Shown in pieces: positions 56,561 through 63,303 of a stretch of 64,000 nucleotides of DNA (positions are counted from its first letter, which is position 1; each line of letters starts with the position of its first letter). The notes under the pieces were generated by a model. That model did not search any database, was not told the DNA's origin, and was given only the letters and a program-made list of their open reading frames with translations. The position numbers and the translations under genes are program-made. The DNA is taken from assembly GCA_934754515.1 (NCBI GenBank), contig CAKVIG010000004.1, forward strand, positions 41,764-105,763, read 5' to 3'. This DNA is from an uncultured Candidatus Melainabacteria bacterium. GTDB lineage: Bacteria; Cyanobacteriota; Vampirovibrionia; Gastranaerophilales; Gastranaerophilaceae.

Positions 56561-56911
56561 TTACAGCTCTAAATCACCTAACAATTTAGAATTTGTTACA
56601 AGCTCTTTTAACACATCATCTTCAAACGGGTCAACAACGCCATCTTTGAATAATTCTTGCATTTTTTCTAAATATGAAATATTGTCTTTATCGCTGGTTG
56701 CTATTTTAGTGAACTTATTTATATCAAGATCTCTTTGGAAAAGTTCCATTGCGTTAGAAGAAATCTCTGTTTTATCAACATAAGGGTTTGAATTATACCC
56801 TGCTTTTTGAAGATTGGTTCTTACTGAAGCAAGGTTAATGACATTACTCGCATTGTTTAATTGAGAGTTATAAAACAAACCGTTATTATTGTCATTAATA
56901 TTGTTGAACAT
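56561..56911 (-). CDS. hypothetical protein, possible FlgM-like anti-sigma-28 factor
   Basis: 116 aa, Asn-rich. The segment DKTEISSNAMELFQ resembles the FlgM D-x-V-x-L-S motif, and it neighbours a sigma-28 promoter. The assignment is tentative. Confidence 0.4.
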   Translation of the reverse strand: MFNNINDNNNGLFYNSQLNNASNVINLASVRTNLQKAGYNSNPYVDKTEISSNAMELFQRDLDINKFTKIATSDKDNISYLEKMQELFKDGVVDPFEDDVLKELVTNSKLLGDLEL

Positions 56912-57044
56912 ACTGCCCCAATCTCCCCAATTATTTTCTTACATTATCATACATTTTTTTTAATTTGTTATCAACCGTTTGGATGAGATTTAAAAAGATT
57001 CCTGCTCTATTTGTAAATAATTGTAACAATATAAATTAAAACTC

Positions 57045-57071
57045 TAAAGTTTTTCAAAAAAATGCCGATAG
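57045..57071 (+). promoter_or_regulatory. sigma-28 (FliA) type promoter
   Basis: TAAAGTTT-N11-GCCGATAG. The stretch CTAAAGTTTTTCAAAAA is identical to the promoter at 4027. Confidence 0.7.
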
Positions 57072-57122
57072 ATATAATACAAGACTCAAGAATATACATT
57101 TTATCGGAAAGGACAACAGGAT

Positions 57123-57278
57123 ATGTTAAAGAAAATCACAGCCCCAAGCAATAATACATTTTCAGGAGTTGAGTTTATTTTGAGGGGGGCAAAAAAGCGA
57201 AGAACAATGGCAATCGCTAATGCAGTTACAATTAATGCAGAGTCAGGAGTCCAAGCAAAACTGCAAGCTGTGAAGTAA
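57123..57278 (+). CDS. 51-codon ORF in sigma-28 transcription unit (coding status uncertain)
   Basis: MLKKITAPSNNTFSGVEFILRGAKKRRTMAIANAVTINAESGVQAKLQAVK. GGAAAGGA lies ~10 nt upstream. The unit is bracketed by the promoter at 57045 and the terminator at 57364. It may instead be a non-coding RNA. Confidence 0.35.
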   Translation: MLKKITAPSNNTFSGVEFILRGAKKRRTMAIANAVTINAESGVQAKLQAVK

Positions 57279-57363
57279 GAAGATAAGAGCATAAGTTTTG
57301 CAATGCAAAATTTGCTCATGAAGTTATGAAAAAGGCTGTCTAATTAAGATGGTTGAGAGTTTT

Positions 57364-57397
57364 AGCCTCCAAAATTTAAGATTTTGGAGGTTTTTGA
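57364..57397 (+). terminator. rho-independent terminator
   Basis: Perfect 10-bp stem CCTCCAAAAT-ttaag-ATTTTGGAGG followed by TTTTT. Confidence 0.8.
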
Positions 57398-57419
57398 TTT
57401 ATATGATTTCTAGAAGCGC

Positions 57420-57483
57420 ACCTCCCTTGTTAGGGAGGTCGCAGTTGTGCGAACGCAAGTGAGCTACAAATACGGGTGGGTAT
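57420..57483. repeat. ~65-nt two-hairpin dispersed element (copy 4, reverse)
   Basis: CCTCCCTTGTTAGGGAGGTCGCAGTTGTGCGAACGCAAGTGAGCTACAAATACGGGTGGGT. Confidence 0.85.
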
Positions 57484-57521
57484 TGATTTATTCTTTAATT
57501 TAATAAAGCAGTTATTAATAA

Positions 57522-57617
57522 GCTGGATTCCTCGGTGCTAATCGCACCTCAGAATGACACCAAGCTGTTCGTCACACGCCAAGTCATTCTGAGCGCGATT
57601 AGCGCGAAGGATCCAGC
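57522..57617. repeat. long palindrome (~35-bp arms)
   Basis: GCTGGATTCCTCGGTGCTAATCGCACCTCAGAATGAC ... GTCATTCTGAGCGCGATTAGCGCGAAGGATCCAGC. Confidence 0.8.
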
Positions 57618-57667
57618 CTTTGAATAACTATTATTATTTTTATTATTATTTTACCCTTACGGGAATT

Positions 57668-57928
57668 CACCTCACCCTAACCCTCTCCTGTAAGGAGAGG
57701 GAATGACCAAAACTTGCTTGATTTTTGTTATGTAAATACCCATCCTAACCTTCCCTAACTAGGGAAAGAGGTACCTCCCTTGTTAGGGAGGTCGCAGTTG
57801 TGCGAACGGGTGTGAGCTACAAATGCGGGTGGGTATTGATTTTGTAAAAAGAATAAAAATTTAATTTAGCCTCTCTCTGAACGACTTTAGGTCATTCCCT
57901 CTCCGTAGGAGAGGGCTAGGGTGAGGGG
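57668..57928. repeat. composite: GC-rich palindromic pair enclosing copy 5 of the 65-nt element (57773-57836)
   Basis: CACCTCACCCTAACCCTCTCCTGTAAGGAGAGGGAATGACC on the left and GGTCATTCCCTCTCCGTAGGAGAGGGCTAGGGTGAGGGG on the right. The B-type element is nested between them. Confidence 0.8.
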
Positions 57929-57956
57929 TCGTCCCGCGAGGGCAAACAAAATAAAT

Positions 57957-59786
57957 CTATATCAACTGCAACGCAATTGACGGATTTTGATTGGCGGTTG
58001 CTAGAAGCGTTGCAGATGCTTGTTGCAAGATTTGATTGCGGATATATTCGCTCGAAAGTTCGGCAACATCCGCGTCCTTAATTGTTGATTGAGTTGACGT
58101 CAAGTTGTTAATATTCACACCGATTGATTCAATCGCACTCATAAGGCGGTTTTCTATTGCACCTAGTGAGGTTTGTTGTTCGTTTATGCTTTTTAGAAAA
58201 TCATCAATAGTTTCCAAAGCATTTGTATTTGACATCGAAAGCCCATCTAAAGAGAAAATATCTAATTGAGAAATCGAAAAACCTAATTGGTCATTGTCCG
58301 TACCATTAATACCGATTTGCAATCCCATGTCTAAGTCGGGTGCAAGATAGTTTGGCAAAATACCTTGAGCTATCAAGTCTTTTAATTCTTTTTGAGTAAC
58401 TTTTGTCGCAGTACCGGAAGTAGGAGTACCTGAACCTATACCATTCAGATTCCCTGATTTATCAACAAAATAGGAAGTATCAACAGTTAAATTTTCAGCA
58501 GAGCCTATTATTCCTCCTTTTATACTGGCATCTATTATATTGCTTATTGAATAACAATTCTGTACACTTATATTACTCCCAGTATTAGCAGAACCAATCA
58601 GCCCACCTGCTTTTGATGTTGAACTTATTGTAGCAGTCGCATAACTGTTAGATATCCAAGCCTGATATGAAAGTATACCCGCCAAACCACCAACAGTGTT
58701 TCTTCCTGTTACATTGCCTTTAAAAAAACTATTTTGAATTTCTATATCGAATACTCCTTGTCCTATTAAACCACCACTTGCTCCCTTAGCATTGTTTACA
58801 TTGCCAATTAAATAACTATTATTTATATGAACACTGAATCCATATCCAACCAAGCCTCCCGTTGCTCCTAATATAGAAGCACCACCACCAGTTATATCAA
58901 CATTTTCTACACCGATATTTTTTATTACACTTTGACCCGCATACCCAAATAACCCTTGATAATTCTTTGCTCTATTAATGAACAAATTATCAATTTTATA
59001 CCCATTGCCATCAAAAGTACTTCGAAAACTATTACTTTTAGTTCCAATCGGTGTCCAACCACCGTTTTCTCGGTATGCAGATAAGTCGATGTCGTTAGCA
59101 AGAACGAATTCGGCATTGCCTGTAACGTTACCGTTATTGGTCATTGTTGCGAGTTTTGCAAGTTCTTCTGCGGTGGAAATTGAGTATGTGCCTGAGTCAA
59201 GGTTTGTGTTTTCATCTACGCTTGCAAGGGTGGTCATCGCGGAGGTGTCACGTTTTTGGACAGCCTCAATAAATCCCGAAGAAGTTGCTCTTGGGGAAGA
59301 TTGGGTTGATGTAGTCGAAGCAGTGCTTAAAGTTGCTATTGCGTTTGTTGCAATATTCGTTGAGGTTCCGCCGTTCAAGAGATTTATTCCATTGTACTGC
59401 GTTGTATTTTGGATTCGGAAAAGTTCTTTGACTATTGCGTTTGCTTCTGAATTTAAAGCGTCTAAAGAAGTTGAGCCATAAGTTCCGTTTTGAGCCTGTG
59501 TTGCAAGTGAACGAAGGCGCGAAGCCAAATCTGACATTTGAGAAAGAGAGCTTGAAGCTGTTTGAACCATATCTAAGCCCATCATTGCGTTTTCTTCTGC
59601 TATAGTGTATGCGCCGAGTTTTGTGGTGAGCGATGTCGAAATAGAATAATTTGCAGCATTATCTTTGGCATGATTGAGTTTGAAGCCCGTTGTCATGCGC
59701 TCGATTGCGTTATTAAGTCCATTGGTCGAGGTTTTGAGGTTCGATTGGACGATGAGAGATGAGAGGTTTGTGTTGATGGTTAGCAT
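57957..59786 (-). CDS. flagellin with GLUG-motif beta-helix insert
   Basis: 609 aa from the ATG behind GGAGG. N-terminal D0/D1 (MLTINTNLSSLIVQSNL...AKDNAANYSIS) and C-terminal D1/D0 (LGAIENRL...QNPSIALQLI). The central ~250 aa carry repeats of GGLxG...N(S/C)Y type. The track's 34-codon N-terminal extension runs into a repeat element. Confidence 0.9.
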   Translation of the reverse strand: MLTINTNLSSLIVQSNLKTSTNGLNNAIERMTTGFKLNHAKDNAANYSISTSLTTKLGAYTIAEENAMMGLDMVQTASSSLSQMSDLASRLRSLATQAQNGTYGSTSLDALNSEANAIVKELFRIQNTTQYNGINLLNGGTSTNIATNAIATLSTASTTSTQSSPRATSSGFIEAVQKRDTSAMTTLASVDENTNLDSGTYSISTAEELAKLATMTNNGNVTGNAEFVLANDIDLSAYRENGGWTPIGTKSNSFRSTFDGNGYKIDNLFINRAKNYQGLFGYAGQSVIKNIGVENVDITGGGASILGATGGLVGYGFSVHINNSYLIGNVNNAKGASGGLIGQGVFDIEIQNSFFKGNVTGRNTVGGLAGILSYQAWISNSYATATISSTSKAGGLIGSANTGSNISVQNCYSISNIIDASIKGGIIGSAENLTVDTSYFVDKSGNLNGIGSGTPTSGTATKVTQKELKDLIAQGILPNYLAPDLDMGLQIGINGTDNDQLGFSISQLDIFSLDGLSMSNTNALETIDDFLKSINEQQTSLGAIENRLMSAIESIGVNINNLTSTQSTIKDADVAELSSEYIRNQILQQASATLLATANQNPSIALQLI

Positions 59787-59807
59787 GAGAACCTCCAAGA
59801 GAGAGCT

Positions 59808-60207
59808 AATAACACCCTCTCCCCTGCCCCTCCCCCGAGGGAGGGTGTGAGATTTGTTTGGAGAATGTTTGCCCTTACGGGTAAACACCTCACCCTTTCC
59901 CTCTCTGTCACTAGCGTGACATCTCTCCCACTAAATGGATGCTGCGGGAGAGAACAAAGTTTTAATAATAATCTATACCTCTCCTGCAAGGAGAGGGAAT
60001 GACCAAGATTTGCTTGGGTAACGTCACCCTCACCCCTTGAGGGAGAGGGTAGAAAATCAAGTTGAGATTCACAGTGTGAAGCGAAGCTTAGATTTTCGGG
60101 TGTGGGGTCAATTGGATTTTTGGTTAAAGATTGCGTTAAGCAAGAAGAAGGATTGAACCCTCTCCCTAACCCTCTCCCTCGGAGAGGGAATAACCAAGAC
60201 GCGTTTG
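59808..60207. repeat. cluster of GC-rich palindromic elements upstream of flagellin
   Basis: At least five CCCTCTCC/GGAGAGGG-type hairpin modules in tandem, starting 22 nt upstream of the flagellin ATG. Confidence 0.8.
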
Positions 60208-60258
60208 TTTGGTTAACAGATATGCTTAAATCATTGGCAGAGCAGGCCTTTAGACTTA

Positions 60259-60267
60259 CCCCCCCCC
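60259..60267. repeat. C9 (G9 on gene strand) homopolymer
   Basis: Nine consecutive C residues in an otherwise AT-rich spacer, 473 nt upstream of the flagellin start. Confidence 0.9.
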
Positions 60268-60523
60268 GAAACAGTTAATTTCAGAGAGTTTGAGCAAGTG
60301 ATAAGTATTTTTCATCACACTTCTCGGCTGTCTGCTTCTCATTTTTGACACATATCCCTATGTTAGTCTTTCTATTATACTATCTTTAATTATACAATTC
60401 CACATTATTAAGATGTAGTAACATTTCATGAAGTGGATTGTTACAATTGTTTACAGTTGCGGGTTTTGTTGGGTGAGGAACGTTGACTGTGCAAGATTTT
60501 GCATATCGCAATGCGGGCTGTTT

Positions 60524-60620
60524 GTCACCCCCTCACCCTAACCCTCTCCCTAGGAGAGGGAATGACCTAAAGTCGTTCAATTAGCACATGCCACACCCTC
60601 CCTCGGGGGAGGGTGTTATT
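60524..60620. repeat. GC-rich palindromic elements (both subtypes fused)
   Basis: GTCACCCCCTCACCCTAACCCTCTCCCTAGGAGAGGGAATGACCTAAAGTCGTTCAA ... CACACCCTCCCTCGGGGGAGGGTGTTATT. Confidence 0.8.
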
Positions 60621-60635
60621 AACTAAAAAAACAAA

Positions 60636-60697
60636 ACCCACCCGCATTTGTAGCTCACTCCCGTTCGCACAACTGCGACCTCCCTAACAAGGGAGGT
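60636..60697. repeat. ~65-nt two-hairpin dispersed element (copy 6, forward)
   Basis: ACCCACCCGCATTTGTAGCTCACTCCCGTTCGCACAACTGCGACCTCCCTAACAAGGGAGGT. Confidence 0.85.
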
Positions 60698-60698
60698 T

Positions 60699-60731
60699 AG
60701 CTGCTTCCCTTGTCAGGGAAGCAGCTTTTTG
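60699..60731 (+). terminator. strong plus-strand terminator-like hairpin with no annotated plus-strand gene
   Basis: Perfect 12-bp stem AGCTGCTTCCCT-tgtc-AGGGAAGCAGCT followed by TTTTT. Confidence 0.55.
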
Positions 60732-60771
60732 GTAGGGCGTAAGCCCGTAAGAGCAAGTTAAAATCAATTAA

Positions 60772-61155
60772 TTACGCCAAATAGTCTAAAATAGCTCCGC
60801 CGATTTCTTCATTAGGATCAAACGGACAATCTTTAGGCGGATTTATAGAATTCCTGATAAGCATCGCACACAGAGGTCCAAACGCATCAGGAACTTTTAT
60901 CTTACGATAAATTCCTGCTAAATAAGTTTGTATATTCGGAGAATTCGTATCATTGTATTTTGACAAAGTAGGATAAAGTTCAACAACATCTTTATTGCCT
61001 TCATCTAACATTAAATTTAGCATATATAAATTTTCCAAAACCTCATCTTCCGATTTTGGATTCTCTAAAGAAGATTTTATTTGTGCCATACTTTTACTGT
61101 CCTTGATATCAAAAGTACAGTAATTTCTATATTGATTCGGATACGATACACTCAT
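60772..61155 (-). CDS. hypothetical protein co-transcribed with pilD
   Basis: 127 aa. Its start lies 2 nt after the pilD stop. No family recognised. Confidence 0.6.
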   Translation of the reverse strand: MSVSYPNQYRNYCTFDIKDSKSMAQIKSSLENPKSEDEVLENLYMLNLMLDEGNKDVVELYPTLSKYNDTNSPNIQTYLAGIYRKIKVPDAFGPLCAMLIRNSINPPKDCPFDPNEEIGGAILDYLA

Positions 61156-61157
61156 AA

Positions 61158-62063
61158 CTAAAAGTTTACACTAAAAAATATATAATATAAAGCACCCGCT
61201 GCAAGTGCCGGAACATAAGGCAAATAATTACGATTTTCTTCATGTTTTATATTTTTCATTATAGAAATCGCAAGCATTGCACCTACAATAACTAACGCTG
61301 CTAACGTCCAGTAATTCTGCCACAATAACTTAAAAATCATTACCGCAAGAACAAAAAGAATTGATAAAACACAAGTTTTTTTATTATTAATTTTATATTG
61401 ATTATATAAAAACATTGGTATAATAAAAATCATAGAAGCAACTAAAGCATACAAAAGTACAAACAAAATATCTTTTCCAACAATAGCACCAATAGCTGCC
61501 GCAACATACGTATCAGCCTCGCCCATAGCTCTTGTTCCCGCAAAAATATAACCGCTTCTTGCAATCAATTCCAAAACAAAAGCACCAACCGCCAAACCAA
61601 TCATGGAAGCAATCAGACCTGAAACGCCAAATTGAATAAAATTATATAAAATTCCTACAACTCCCATTGCAATTGCAATATTACAGTCAACGAGTTTGGC
61701 TTTAATATCTGTTGCAGTCATTACAATAAAACATGAAAGCCAAAATAGAACAAAAATCGTTTTTATATCAATTCCAAATTTTACAAAAGTAACACCAAAC
61801 AAAAGCATAGTCAGCAATTCAACTATCGGATATTGAACACTGATTTTTTCTTTACAAAAATAACATTTTCCGCCAAGTAATATATATGATAAGACAGGTA
61901 TATTATGCCAAAAATATAGTTTATGATTACATTTAGGGCATTTTGAAGCAGGAAATACAATACTTTCATTGCTTAAGGAACGCAAAATTACAACATTAAA
62001 AAAACTGCCCAAGCATAAACCGATTACACAAATCCAAAATAACAAATAATGAAACAAATCCAT
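61158..62063 (-). CDS. pilD: prepilin peptidase (A24 family)
   Basis: Polytopic, with the N-terminal zinc motif CPKC...CYFC. Start set at the ATG (MDLFHY) 1 nt after the sigma-factor stop with GAGG upstream; the track start is 27 nt further up. Confidence 0.88.
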   Translation of the reverse strand: MDLFHYLLFWICVIGLCLGSFFNVVILRSLSNESIVFPASKCPKCNHKLYFWHNIPVLSYILLGGKCYFCKEKISVQYPIVELLTMLLFGVTFVKFGIDIKTIFVLFWLSCFIVMTATDIKAKLVDCNIAIAMGVVGILYNFIQFGVSGLIASMIGLAVGAFVLELIARSGYIFAGTRAMGEADTYVAAAIGAIVGKDILFVLLYALVASMIFIIPMFLYNQYKINNKKTCVLSILFVLAVMIFKLLWQNYWTLAALVIVGAMLAISIMKNIKHEENRNYLPYVPALAAGALYYIFFSVNF

Positions 62064-62064
62064 T

Positions 62065-62859
62065 CTATACCTCGGTTGAATTATCAGCAATCATCTTATA
62101 CAACATACTAAATGCTTTTTTCATTTTTCTTGAAATTCTCATTTGTGTCATACCAAGCTTTTCTGCCATATCTTTTTGGCTCATATCATCGTAATAATAC
62201 ATTTTAACAAGTGCTTTATATTCATCAGGTAATTTTTCAATCACATCTTTCAAAACAATTTTGTCATCTTCGTTTTCACGAGCTTCTTTATAATCATCAT
62301 GTGCTGAAAGCACTTCTTCATAGCTTAAACTATCCGAATCAGAAAAAATATTTTCCAATGAAACTATGGATTTTCTTCTATCCGCCTGCATTGCAAAATC
62401 AACAGCTCTCGGTGTAACCTTAAGAGCTTCTGCAACATCATCATTAGTCAAATCATTCAACTGTTCATACGTTAACGAGTTAGTAAAAGTATTAATACGG
62501 AAAGATAGTTCTTGAATATGTCTTGGAACTCTTATTGTATTTAATTTATCACGCAAATAGTGCTTCATTTCACCAATTATTAAATAACCGGCATAGATTT
62601 TAAAATTGTCATTTACATCAGCAGAATAACTGTCAATAGCTTTCAGCAAACCTATCGCACCTGCTTGCACCATATCATCAATAGGGTCATAAGAACGCCT
62701 GGCAATTGTTCTTGCAATTCTTTTAACAATCGGAAGCATACGAGTTACAATAAGAGCCTTAAGTTTAGCTCTTTCATACTTATTAGTAGAAGCTTTATAA
62801 GCAGAGAGCCAGCTCGTTACTAATTCATACATTTGCTTATCGTTCTTATTACTTGGCAT
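62065..62859 (-). CDS. group-3 sigma-70 family factor (FliA/SigF type)
   Basis: Region 2 (DDMVQAGAIGLLKAIDSY...YAGYLIIGEMKHYLRD), region 3 (RVPRHIQEL) and region 4.2 HTH (SQKDMAEKLGMTQMRISR). Start placed at MPSNKN. Confidence 0.85.
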   Translation of the reverse strand: MPSNKNDKQMYELVTSWLSAYKASTNKYERAKLKALIVTRMLPIVKRIARTIARRSYDPIDDMVQAGAIGLLKAIDSYSADVNDNFKIYAGYLIIGEMKHYLRDKLNTIRVPRHIQELSFRINTFTNSLTYEQLNDLTNDDVAEALKVTPRAVDFAMQADRRKSIVSLENIFSDSDSLSYEEVLSAHDDYKEARENEDDKIVLKDVIEKLPDEYKALVKMYYYDDMSQKDMAEKLGMTQMRISRKMKKAFSMLYKMIADNSTEV

Positions 62860-62960
62860 AGTAAATCTATGATAGCACACACGCAAGGGATTATCAATTT
62901 TTATACGTTACATTGTTTGTATTTTTTTTTGCGTTATAATTGGTTTATGGAGTGTGTATC

Positions 62961-63299
62961 ATGCAAATCAACAATATTTCTCAACAACAGCCTGTTTTTG
63001 GTAAATTAGTCAGCGGTAAGAATTTAAGAAAAACTTTAGCTCCAGACAGACAGGATTTAATAAACAAATATAACGTTATAAGATTATATATTCGCCACGA
63101 AAATCTGCATAAAATTAATAATGCAGATATCATACTGGATTATTCTGATATCCACGGTTTTTATGGAATGATAAAAACCAAGTCACAATACTTGGCAGCT
63201 AATTTAAAAGATTACTACTGTAAAGTCAATGCTTCACAAAAAGCCTTACAAAATTTCAAAGAATGGGCTATTCAGTGGCAGCAAAAAATTTCACAATAA
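62961..63299 (+). CDS. hypothetical protein with MQINNISQQQPVFGK N-terminus
   Basis: 112 aa from the ATG with GGAG 10 nt upstream. The N-terminal motif is shared with ORFs at 747 and 9106. Confidence 0.55.
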   Translation: MQINNISQQQPVFGKLVSGKNLRKTLAPDRQDLINKYNVIRLYIRHENLHKINNADIILDYSDIHGFYGMIKTKSQYLAANLKDYYCKVNASQKALQNFKEWAIQWQQKISQ

Positions 63300-63303
63300 G
63301 TAT

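Noticed and set aside
57101-57319. The 72-aa hydrophobic minus-strand ORF from the track.
   Set aside because: It has no RBS. It lies antisense to a unit with a consensus sigma-28 promoter and a strong terminator on the plus strand. It may still be real, so it is flagged in the related finding rather than called.
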